The position numbers were made by a program, and so were the translations under genes. The notes beneath the pieces were generated by a model. That model was given only the letters and a program-made list of their open reading frames with translations, was not told the DNA's origin and made no database searches. Of a DNA stretch of 64,000 nt, positions 28,508 to 37,075 are shown piece after piece. How positions within the stretch are numbered: position 1 is the first letter of the stretch; each line of letters opens with the position of its first letter. The DNA comes from Verrucomicrobiota bacterium (lineage in GTDB: Bacteria; Verrucomicrobiota; Verrucomicrobiia; Limisphaerales; Palsa-1400): the NCBI GenBank assembly GCA_049513975.1, contig JBEKVM010000004.1:46311-110310 (forward strand), written 5' to 3'.

Positions 28508-30938
28508 GGAGGAAGGGAGGCGCGGGCCGGGCCGGGTGCGCGGCGAAAAACTTTCGGATTTCACCGGCCGGGTCCGGGGCGGCCAGTTCCGCCGGAGACT
28601 GGTCGTACCAATCGCGCGGCAGATGGCTGGCGTAGGGTTCCTGGAGAAAACGCGCGCAGAGCAGCGCGATCACGCCGCAATCCGTTTCGCCGCGGATCAG
28701 CCGGCCCGCCGCCTGCACGACGCGCGTCATGCCCGGTTGCAGGTAGGCATACTCAAACCCCGCCTGCTCGGTTTCTTCAAAATAGCGGCGCAACAATTCG
28801 CGCTCGAAGGAGACTTGCGGCAGCGCGGGCGAGACAATGAAAACGGCGGAAAGGAGTTCGCCCGGATAATCCACCCCTTCGGCATACATCCCGCCCAGAA
28901 CGGCCAGGAGCAGGATCCCCTCCGGCGGCGGCGCGGCCAGTTCCTGGAAAATGCGGCGGCGCTCCGCTTCGGAAAAGTTGGCGCGCTGCGCCAGCACCCG
29001 GGCGCGCGTGGCCGGCAAGCGCGCGGCCACTTTTTCCAGGAATTGATAGCTGGGAAAAAGCACCAGGGCGTTGCCGGGCTGGGCGCCGGACATCTCCGCA
29101 ATCAGCCGGGCAATCGGGGCAAAATTCTGCTCCCGGTGGGCGAAGGCGGTGCGCACCTGCGGCAAAATCAGGATCTTCCGGTTTTCCCGCGGGAACGGCG
29201 GAGGCAGCGAAATGGCGCGCGTCCGCTCCGCCTCCAAACCGAGGGTGCGGCGGATGACCTCCACGGGAGAAAGCGTCGCGGAGAGGAGGGTGGTGGAGGC
29301 GGCGGCGCGAAAGACCGGAGCGAGCGGGCGCGCCGGATCCAGACACACCAGGGCCAGGCGCACCCCGGCCGGGCGCTGTTCCACCACACAGGTGAAGCCG
29401 GGGCCGAAGAGGTTCAACACGGTGATAAAGCGCTGCCAGACGAAGTGAATGTCAACAATCGGATCGTCCGGCAGGGCCAGCCGGGCCTCGCGCTTCCAGG
29501 AAAGGTAACGGACGAAGTTGGGCTCCCAAACCTGCCACAGCGCGCGCAAGGCTTCGGCGGGCGGATCCGTTTCCGCCATCGGGCCGGGGCTGGCGGCGGC
29601 GGCGGTTTCGGCCAGCAGGGCGATGAGTTGGCCGAGGGTTCGGGAAAGGGTGTCGAACAATTCGCCGCTGTGCAGCAGGAGGCTGTCCTGCACCGCGCGG
29701 AACGATTCCTCCAAAAGTTCCGGCGAGAAGATCTGGCGGGCGCGGTCGGGCAAATTGTGGGCTTCGTCCACCAGCAGCACCGGCTCGTCCTCCGGCTCCA
29801 GGCGGCGCAAGGCGACCCCCGGCTCGAAGACGTAATTGTAATCCGCCACGATGGCGTCGGCGCGGCCCGCCAGTTCGAGCTGAACCTCGAAGGGACAGAC
29901 CCGCTCCTTTTTCGCCTCCGCAAAAACGGCGTCGGGGTCAAAATGGAAATGGCCGCGGCGGAGGCAGTCCAGGATTTTCGACCGCTCCATTTTTTCCGCA
30001 TAATCCCTGGCGTAGGGGCAAAAATCTTCGTGACAGAGCACGCGGTCGTTGGCGCACATTTTTTCCTTGGCCCGGATCTGCAAACTGCGGAAGGCGCCGT
30101 CCGGGTTCATGGCGCGGAGGGCGGAAACGGCCATGGTTTGCTGCAAGGTCTTGGAAGTCAGAAAGAACACCTGGCGCCCGGCGGCCAGTCCGTGGGCCAG
30201 GGCCGGGTGCAGGCTGGCGGCGGTTTTGCCCGATCCGGTGGGGGCTTCCGCGATGAGGTTTTCGCCCGCCGCCAACGCCCGCCGCACCGCCTCCATCATG
30301 ATTTTCTGGCCGGGCCGGGGCGCGGCGTGGGGAAAGGGCAGGCTGGCGGCGGCGGCCGCTTTTTGGCGGCGCATTTCCACCTCCGCCTGGCCGATGGCCA
30401 GGAGTTGCCGCAACCGCCGCTCCAGGCCGCGCTCCTCCTCCTCCTGGTCATAGGCGGCGGGAATGACCGATTCCTCCCCGCTGGCGAGGTCCACGTAAAT
30501 GAGCCGGCCCTGCACGGGGGAATTGCCAAGCCGGCGCCACAGATCGCAGTAAAGAAGAAGTTGGCGTTGGTGGCGGGCGAAGGCCGCGCCGCCCCGCCGT
30601 GTTTCCTGGCCCGGCAGAAAGGTGGATTTGAACTCCTCGATCAGCCACGCGCCGGAGGGTTGCCGCACGCAGCCATCCAGGCGGCCGGTAATCACCGCCG
30701 TCCAACCGTCAATCGGGACGCTGGCCTGCAGAGGGACCTCGCTGCGGTAGGCCGGTTGGGCCGCGCGGCGCTCCTCCAAAACGCGGCGGTGCAATTCCGC
30801 GCCCAGGCCGAGACGATGCCAGCCTTCGCCGCGCTCGAAGCCGATCCGGCCAAAGCCCTCCTCCCCGGCCAGTTCGCGCACGGAAACTTCCAGTGTTTTG
30901 CTTGCTTCGTCGAATTTCAAACGGCTACAGTTTAGCAA
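28494..30938 (-). CDS. DinG/XPD (Rad3) Fe-S helicase with N-terminal PD-(D/E)XK nuclease-like domain
   Basis: GRLDG..LIEEFKS; EAPTGSGKT; Cys residues in KMCANDRVLCHEDFCPY and VCPFE; LLVDEAHNL; SATLSP; QAAGRLIR. Confidence 0.9.
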   Translation of the reverse strand: MLNCSRLKFDEASKTLEVSVRELAGEEGFGRIGFERGEGWHRLGLGAELHRRVLEERRAAQPAYRSEVPLQASVPIDGWTAVITGRLDGCVRQPSGAWLIEEFKSTFLPGQETRRGGAAFARHQRQLLLYCDLWRRLGNSPVQGRLIYVDLASGEESVIPAAYDQEEEERGLERRLRQLLAIGQAEVEMRRQKAAAAASLPFPHAAPRPGQKIMMEAVRRALAAGENLIAEAPTGSGKTAASLHPALAHGLAAGRQVFFLTSKTLQQTMAVSALRAMNPDGAFRSLQIRAKEKMCANDRVLCHEDFCPYARDYAEKMERSKILDCLRRGHFHFDPDAVFAEAKKERVCPFEVQLELAGRADAIVADYNYVFEPGVALRRLEPEDEPVLLVDEAHNLPDRARQIFSPELLEESFRAVQDSLLLHSGELFDTLSRTLGQLIALLAETAAAASPGPMAETDPPAEALRALWQVWEPNFVRYLSWKREARLALPDDPIVDIHFVWQRFITVLNLFGPGFTCVVEQRPAGVRLALVCLDPARPLAPVFRAAASTTLLSATLSPVEVIRRTLGLEAERTRAISLPPPFPRENRKILILPQVRTAFAHREQNFAPIARLIAEMSGAQPGNALVLFPSYQFLEKVAARLPATRARVLAQRANFSEAERRRIFQELAAPPPEGILLLAVLGGMYAEGVDYPGELLSAVFIVSPALPQVSFERELLRRYFEETEQAGFEYAYLQPGMTRVVQAAGRLIRGETDCGVIALLCARFLQEPYASHLPRDWYDQSPAELAAPDPAGEIRKFFAAHPARPAPPFLLTSS

Positions 30939-30982
30939 AGCGGACGCCGCAAAAGAATTACTTTGCGCGCCGGAATTTTTTT

Positions 30983-31411
30983 ATGGCCGAATCGGTCTTT
31001 CGACACACGCACCGCGTGGTCTATGCGGAATGCACGGTGGGCAACCACGTTTATTACGCGCGCTACCTCGACATGCTGGAAGCGGCGCGCGGGGAATTCA
31101 TGCGCCAGCTCGGCTGCTCCGCGCGGCAATGGCAGGAGGCCGGCATCGCCTTTCCGGTCATCGGCGTGGAGATCGCCTACAAAGGGCCGGCGCGCTACGA
31201 CGACCTGCTCACCATCGAACTGTGGGTCACGGAAATGGGCGGCATCAGGATCAACGTCGGCTTCCGCATCCGCAACGCCAGCGGCGGATTGCTGGCCGAG
31301 GGCGTGACGCGCCACATCTGCGCGACGACGGATGAAAAGCCAAAACGCCTGCCCAAGGAGCTGATCGAAGCGCTGCGGCCGTTTTTGGGGCAAGCCGGTG
31401 TTGAAGCTTGA
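30983..31411 (+). CDS. Acyl-CoA thioesterase (YbgC/4HBT hotdog fold)
   Basis: RVVYAECTVGNHVYYARYLDMLEAARGE, YKGPARYDD. Confidence 0.88.
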   Translation: MAESVFRHTHRVVYAECTVGNHVYYARYLDMLEAARGEFMRQLGCSARQWQEAGIAFPVIGVEIAYKGPARYDDLLTIELWVTEMGGIRINVGFRIRNASGGLLAEGVTRHICATTDEKPKRLPKELIEALRPFLGQAGVEA

Positions 31412-31559
31412 TTCCATGAATTCATGGAAAGCTGCAATCTCAAAACAATCGCGCAGTTAACCTTTCCGTTCTGGGCGAGCACGCAGCGGCAGGGCGAGAC
31501 TGCGTCGAGACCTAACTCGATTTAATGTATCGGGCACATGACCCGACTCCACATTTTTC

Positions 31560-31588
31560 TTGACATATGAGGAGACTGAATTTATTCT
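31560..31588 (+). promoter_or_regulatory. Sigma-70 promoter with the -10 box inside a palindrome
   Basis: TTGACA, 17-bp spacer, TATTCT. Confidence 0.6.
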
Positions 31589-31625
31589 GCCCGCATTGCG
31601 GCTTTCAATGCGGGCAGAATAAATT
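31579..31625. repeat. Perfect 20-bp inverted repeat
   Basis: AATTTATTCTGCCCGCATTG / CAATGCGGGCAGAATAAATT with a 7-nt loop. Confidence 0.92.
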
Positions 31626-31689
31626 GTAGACCATTCAGATTAAAGCATTTTCAATATATTCACATTCGAGCATCTTCAATACAATTGCA

Positions 31690-31764
31690 GCCATGACGCC
31701 TTGCCATGACGCCTTGCCATGACGCCTTGCCATGACGCCTTGCCATGACGCCTTGCCATGACGC
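31690..31764. repeat. Tandem repeat (GCCATGACGCCTT) x5.8
   Basis: Five perfect 13-bp units plus a 10-bp partial unit, no spacers. Confidence 0.95.
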
Positions 31765-31945
31765 GATGAACTGGTTTGGCTTGTGTGGCCACAGTTTTGT
31801 TTAAACCGCCCTGGGGGAATACAGTCACGCCTCGACGGAGTCTCGCCCTTATAGTCCCTCCAAAGTTATTCATCGGCGGCTGTGGGGAGCCAACGGAACC
31901 ACTCCCCGCAGCCGATGGTGAATAACTTTGCGCCGCCAAAAAAAA

Positions 31946-33500
31946 TTGCCGTGAACAACTCAACTTTCACCCGCAGTATCCAGGTGAACACGCCTGGCCT
32001 GGAAGACGAATATCTCACCCTCAACGCGCGACGTTTTTCGGCAGAGTTTCGCTCCAGGCCAGGTGCCTTGATGCAAAGGAATTCTCAGAGCCCTTCGCCT
32101 GCCGGTCAAGCCGGCAGAGACGAACCATCTATAAGGCGTTCCATCCTTCAAGGCCCGCGTGTTCAACCTAACCAACCCATTAAACTAGGAATCAAAACAA
32201 GACTGCAACAAACTTCGCGGCCACCCTTGGCCTGGATTGGGCCCACAAAAAACACGATCTCTGGATTCAGCCCGCCGGCGGCGGCAAGCCCGAACACCGG
32301 GTGATCGAACAAACCGCCGCCGCCCTCCAGGAGTGGGTCGCGCAAATGCGCGCGCGTTTTCCCCAGGGGCGGATCGCCATCGCCATCGAAACCTCCCGCG
32401 GCGCGGTCATTTCCGCCCTGGCGGCTTACGATTTCATCGTCCTTTTCCCCGTCAACCCGGCCATGCTCTGCAGCTATCGAGAGGCCTTTTGCGTGAGCGG
32501 CGCCAAGGATGACCGGACCGAGGCCATGCTCCTGGAAGAGTATCTGCGCCTGCATTGGGCTAAACTTCGGCCTCTGGAACCGGACACCGAGCTGACGCGC
32601 AAACTGGGGGGACTGGTGGAAAACCGCCGAGGACTGGTGGATGAGCGCTCCCGTCTGGTCAATCAATTGCACAGCCTGGTAAAAACCTACTTTCCGCTGG
32701 TGGAAGCGCTCTTTGATGAGCTGACCACGCCACTGGCCGCGCACTTCCTGCTCCAGTGGCCCGATCTGGCCTCTGTCCAAAAAGCCGGACCGGCCTCCTT
32801 AAGGAAGTTCTTTTACGGCCACCATTGCCGCAGTGACAAAATCATGGAGGAACGTCTCCAAACCATCGCCCAAGCCCGGCCCTTGACCCAGGATGCGGCT
32901 CTGATCGAGCCGGCCGTGCTCAAAGCTCAGGCGCTGGCCGGGATGCTCCAAGTCCTGCACCAATCCATCGAGCAGATGGAAACTCTGATCGAGCAAACCA
33001 CCGACGCCCATCCCGACGCGGCCCTCTTCCGCAGCTTTCCGGCCGCCGGTCCTGCCCTGGCTCCGCGGCTGTTGGTGGCCTTTGGGACCAAGCGGGATCG
33101 TTTTGCCAGCGCCCAGGAAGTGCAGCAGTTCTATGGAATCGCACCGGTCAAGAAGCAAAGCGGCCAAAGCAAGGTCATTTCCATGCGCCACCGTTGCCCG
33201 AAATCTGGACGCCAAACTTTTCACGAAAACGCCGGCCACGCCGTCCGCCAGGAGGGCTGGGCCAAAAATGTTATGAGCAGCAGAGAGAACGAAAAAAAGG
33301 CCATCACGCCTCCGTGCGCGCGGTGGCCTTCAAACTGATGCGCATCTATTTCCGCTGCTGGAAAGACAGGAAATGCTATGACGCCGGCCTCTACGAAAAA
33401 GCCTTGGAAAAACACGGCAGCCCGCTCTCGGACCTGATGAAAAAGGCGGCGCTGGCGAAAGGCAAATAATTTTCAAAAAATATGTTGCCGGAACAACTCA
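31946..33500 (+). mobile_element. IS110-family element (boundaries approximate)
   Basis: Transposase preceded by about 240 bp of non-coding DNA; TTGCCG(T)GAACAACTCA occurs at both 31946-31962 and 33485-33500. Confidence 0.7.
32187..33469 (+). pseudogene. IS110 transposase (DEDD recombinase), probably inactivated
   Basis: GLDWAHKKHD, IAIETS, AKDDRTEA, GIAPVKKQSG; expected start reads AGG (32187) after an in-frame TAA; frameshift at A5 33264-33268 continues into ..RAVAFKLMRIYFRCWKD. Confidence 0.85.
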
Positions 33501-33583
33501 GAACTCTACCGTCACTGATTCGTTGCGGGAAGGAGCATTTTTCCATCACTCCACCACTCCATCACTCCGTTTCTCCGCCGCCC

Positions 33584-33775
33584 CGCGGGTCCCAGGCGTC
33601 GCGCAGGGCGTCGCCGGCGAAATTGAGGACGAGCCGGGTCAAAGGGGCGACCGTGGCTGTTGCAGGGGCAAAGCGGAACTGGCGTTCCGCACTCCAAGAC
33701 GCTTCGCGTTCAGGGTGCGCGTCCGAGTTGCCGACAGGTCTTGGAGTGCGGGCGCGAGAGCGCCGCTTTTCCGCT
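33584..33775. repeat. Direct repeat A: oppC 3'-end copy plus GGAGTGCGG REP
   Basis: About 190-bp unit repeated at 34774-34960; first 58 bp match the oppC tail. Confidence 0.85.
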
Positions 33776-33824
33776 CGCGCCCTACCAACCAGGACTAGGG
33801 CGAAACAGACTTATCGAGGATGGA

Positions 33825-34586
33825 TCAGGGAAAAACCAGGCGGATGGAGAGGGAGGCCGGAACGTGGCCGGCGGGCCAGTTGGTGGTTGGGTCGGCGTGA
33901 CTCAGCCAATTCGTGCGGAAACTGGCGCTGGATACTTGTTCAACACTGCCGTCACCGAGCAAAATACTTCCAGCGCCCGCAGTGTTTCCGGCTGAATGCA
34001 TCTTCGATGACCATGAGACGGGCTTGAATAATGAATTGGTCTGGATTGCCACGTCGTTCCCCTTTCCGCTTTCAGGTGAGAAACCGTAATAGCGGTAAGC
34101 CTCCCCGCCGTTGCCTAAATTGCGATCACCACCTTGGATTGACTGAGGATAGTTGTCGTTAGCGCTCACCCCCACAAAGTAAGAGAGGTGAGTGTTATCC
34201 TTGAAATCCGTGGTGAAGTTTGTTGCTGGCTCCCGTTCATCGGCCGGGCACACAACCAGTCTCGGAGATTGGCCCAACTCGTTGCTCACGATCGCGAAGT
34301 TGGTCCAGCAGATGGCACCCTGATCAGCATTGGTGAGAAAATCTCCCCATCCGCCTTTGGCCGCCGTCTGCTCGGCGGGGTTGCGACCGCCGTGATCCGC
34401 AGCCCAGACGCGATAACCCACGCCGATTACCTTGAGAACGTTACCGCAACTGATGCGGCTGCGTTGCTTCGTGTGCTGGAACCTCGGCAAAATCATTGAA
34501 GCCAGCACCACTGCTACGACCACAATCACGACGACCAATTCAATGCGAGTGAATGCGGACATATCGCGCATCGCTTTTTGTTTCAT
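33825..34586 (-). CDS. Prepilin-type N-terminal cleavage/methylation protein (pilin/pseudopilin-like)
   Basis: A|FTRIELVVVIVVVAVV with Glu at +5, CGNVLKVIGVG..WAADH, C-terminal GSILLGDGSV. Confidence 0.88.
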   Translation of the reverse strand: MKQKAMRDMSAFTRIELVVVIVVVAVVLASMILPRFQHTKQRSRISCGNVLKVIGVGYRVWAADHGGRNPAEQTAAKGGWGDFLTNADQGAICWTNFAIVSNELGQSPRLVVCPADEREPATNFTTDFKDNTHLSYFVGVSANDNYPQSIQGGDRNLGNGGEAYRYYGFSPESGKGNDVAIQTNSLFKPVSWSSKMHSAGNTAGAGSILLGDGSVEQVSSASFRTNWLSHADPTTNWPAGHVPASLSIRLVFP

Positions 34587-34672
34587 ACTGCCTCCAGGAG
34601 AAAGTCAAACACATTTCGCGGCGGAAAGCAATGGCAGAATGGAATTCTTTGAAAGGAACAGGAAGGAAATGG

Positions 34673-34740
34673 CCGCGAAGAGGCGCAAAAGGCGCAAAAA
34701 TGAATTCCGGTTTTGTGACTTTTGCGCTTTTTCGCGGCTA
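34673..34740. repeat. REP-like inverted pair, GCGCAAAAGGCGCAAAA family
   Basis: CCGCGAAGAGGCGCAAAAGGCGCAAAA ... TTTTGTGACTTTTGCGCTTTTTCGCGG. Confidence 0.65.
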
Positions 34741-34760
34741 TTCGGTTTTCTCCGTTTCCC

Positions 34761-34960
34761 TCAATCCTCCGTGCGCGGGTCCCAGGCGTCGGGCAGGGCG
34801 TCGCCGGCGAAATTGAGGGCGAGCAGGGTCAATGGGGCGACCATGGCTGCTGCAGGGGCAAAGCGGAACTGGCGTTCCGCACTCCAAGACGCTTCGCGTT
34901 GAGGGGCGCGGAGGAGGTGCCGACGGGTCTTGGAGTGCGGGCGCGAAAGGGCCGCTTTCC
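34761..34960. repeat. Direct repeat B: oppC 3'-end copy (71 bp incl. stop) plus REP
   Basis: 34761-34831 matches 35078-35148 at 68/71 positions. Confidence 0.9.
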
Positions 34961-35077
34961 CGCTCAAATAACAAATACGCAATGGCAAATTCCCGATTCC
35001 CGCCCTGGAGTACTACCTCACGGGTTTTCAGAATTGAAAATTGGCGATTGAAAATCGGTCATTGGTAATTGACTGCC

Positions 35078-36067
35078 TCAATCCTCCGAGCGCGGGTCCC
35101 AGGCGTCGCGCAGGGCGTCGCCGACGAAATTGAGGGCGAGCAGGGTCAGGGCCAGCATCGCGCCGGGAAAAACAATGAGCCACCAGTAAATGCGGATGGA
35201 GTTGATCTGCTCGCTGCCGCTGGCAATGAGGGAACCCAAACTGGCCTGGGGCGGCTGGATGCCCAGCCCCAGCCAGCTCAGAAAGGATTCGTATAATATG
35301 ATGGAAGGAATGGTCATTGTCAAATATACGATTATCACGCCATAGACGTTGGGCAGGATGTGGCGGCGTAGAATCCGCCAGTGTCCCGCCCCCAGGACGC
35401 GGCTGGCGTCCACAAAGGCGCGGTGGCGCAGGGACAGGACCTGGCCGCGGACGATGCGGGCCATGGGCAGCCAGGAGACCGCGCCCAGGCCGCCAAACAG
35501 GGCGGTGAATTGCAGCCATTGCACCGCGCCGTCGGAAAGGCGCTCCGGCCCGTTCTGCCATTTTCCCAGCAGGGCGTTGAGGGTGGTGATGAGGACAATG
35601 ACAAATATGATTGACGGCATGGAGTAGAGCACATCCACGCAACGCATCATCACCGCGTCCCAGCGTCCGCCGCAGTAGCCGGCGACGGCGCCCCACAAAA
35701 CGCCGATGATCAGGCTGACCGCCGTTCCCACCAGCCCGACCAGCAGGGAAAGGCGCGCGCCGCCGCAAACCCGGCTCAACAAATCGCGCCCGTGAACGTC
35801 GGTCCCCAACCAGTATTGCCCGCCGGGCGGCTGGAATTGAGCGTCGGAAACGGCGTTGGGGGCGTGGGTCATGGCTGGCGGCAGATGCGGCGCGAGGCCG
35901 GGCCGGCTGAAGAGCGGCCACACCAGAATCAACGCCACGATCAAGGCCAGAAGAAAAGTGGAGGCCATCGCCACCCGGTTGCGCCGAAAACGCCGCCAGG
36001 CCCGCTGATTGGGGCTGAGGGGCATGGCCGGTGGCGCCGCGGTGGCGGATGGGGAATTGCTATTCAT
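35078..36067 (-). CDS. oppC: Oligopeptide ABC transporter permease OppC
   Basis: AWRRFRRNR, LGTDVHGRDLLSR, ARIVRGQVL, RHILPN, ESFLSWLGLG, LNFVGDALRDAWDP. Confidence 0.95.
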   Translation of the reverse strand: MNSNSPSATAAPPAMPLSPNQRAWRRFRRNRVAMASTFLLALIVALILVWPLFSRPGLAPHLPPAMTHAPNAVSDAQFQPPGGQYWLGTDVHGRDLLSRVCGGARLSLLVGLVGTAVSLIIGVLWGAVAGYCGGRWDAVMMRCVDVLYSMPSIIFVIVLITTLNALLGKWQNGPERLSDGAVQWLQFTALFGGLGAVSWLPMARIVRGQVLSLRHRAFVDASRVLGAGHWRILRRHILPNVYGVIIVYLTMTIPSIILYESFLSWLGLGIQPPQASLGSLIASGSEQINSIRIYWWLIVFPGAMLALTLLALNFVGDALRDAWDPRSED

Positions 36068-36974
36068 ATTTCACGCGCGGGTCCAGCGCGCTATAAGCGA
36101 AATCCACGGCCAGATTCAAGACGAGCAAGAGCACGGCATAAAGCAGCACCAGGCCGACGACCATGGTGTAATCGCGATCCAGCGAGCTGTTGACCATGAA
36201 CACGCCGATGCCCGGTATTTGGAAAAGATTTTCCACGACGAATGAACCGGTGAGCAAGTCGGCCAGCATCGGCCCGGAATAGGAGAGGACCGGGAGGACG
36301 GCGATGGGGAAGGCGTGTTTAACGAGGACGGCGATTTCGCCCAGGCCCTTGGCGCGGGCGGTGGTGATGAATTGGGCCTGGAGGGTGTCAAGCATCCCTT
36401 CGCGCATGAGGCGGGCGATGCGGCCGGAAAAATAGAGTCCGAGGGTGAGGGTGGGGAGGATGGCGTGCCAAGGCGACCCCCAAAGGGCGACGGGGAACCA
36501 GCGGAGTTTGATGGCGAAGAACATGATGAGGATGGGGCCGATGACCAGGCCGGGCACGCAAATCACCAGCAAGGCCGCCAGACTGCCGGCGTAATCCTGC
36601 CAGCGGCCCCGGCGCGCCGCGGTGAAAAAACCCAGCGGAATCCCCGTGCCGAGCGCGAAGCAAAACGCCGCCGCGCCCAGCGTCAGCGAAACCGGCAAAC
36701 CCTGCCCGATGATGTCGCTGACGGAATGATTCCGGTACTTGAGGGACGGCCCGAAATCGCCGTGGAGAATGCCGCCGAGGTAGCGGAGGTATTGTTGCCA
36801 GAGCGGGTCGTCGAGGTGGTATTTGGCACGCAGGTTGCGTTCAATTTCCGGCGAGGCCGGTTTGCGGTCGCGATCAAACGGCCCGCCCGGCACGGCGCGG
36901 ACCAGGGCGAAAGCGAGGAAGCTGATGACGAGCAGCAATGGAATCAGAAAGACAATTCGCTTAACGAAATACAT
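36060..36974 (-). CDS. oppB: Oligopeptide ABC transporter permease OppB
   Basis: PGGPF, YHLDDP, GDFGPSLKY, FITTARAKGL, ENLFQIPGIG, VDFAYSALDPRVKY. Confidence 0.95.
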   Translation of the reverse strand: MYFVKRIVFLIPLLLVISFLAFALVRAVPGGPFDRDRKPASPEIERNLRAKYHLDDPLWQQYLRYLGGILHGDFGPSLKYRNHSVSDIIGQGLPVSLTLGAAAFCFALGTGIPLGFFTAARRGRWQDYAGSLAALLVICVPGLVIGPILIMFFAIKLRWFPVALWGSPWHAILPTLTLGLYFSGRIARLMREGMLDTLQAQFITTARAKGLGEIAVLVKHAFPIAVLPVLSYSGPMLADLLTGSFVVENLFQIPGIGVFMVNSSLDRDYTMVVGLVLLYAVLLLVLNLAVDFAYSALDPRVKYE

Positions 36975-36979
36975 GTTTC

Positions 36980-37009
36980 GATTAAGATTAGGATTAAGAT
37001 TAAGATTAG
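36980..37009. repeat. Hexamer tandem repeat GATTA(A/G) x5
   Basis: Ends 6 bp upstream of the oppB start codon. Confidence 0.85.
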
Positions 37010-37075
37010 GAGAAGGAACCGGGAACGGCTATCCCAAAAGTGACGTGCGCCTGACGGTCCCAGACCTGCGGAAAA

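Noticed and set aside
28092-30935. 947-aa plus-strand ORF
   Set aside because: Antisense to the DinG helicase; no recognisable domains.
30500-30938. Cas4-like motif as evidence for a type IV CRISPR (CasDinG) locus
   Set aside because: No other cas genes or array nearby.
31690-31764. Possible CRISPR array
   Set aside because: 13-bp head-to-tail units with no spacers and no cas genes.
33584-35148. oppC-tail repeats as a CRISPR-like or integron array
   Set aside because: Repeats are coding-derived and unevenly spaced, with no attC-like GTTRRRY ends and no integrase.
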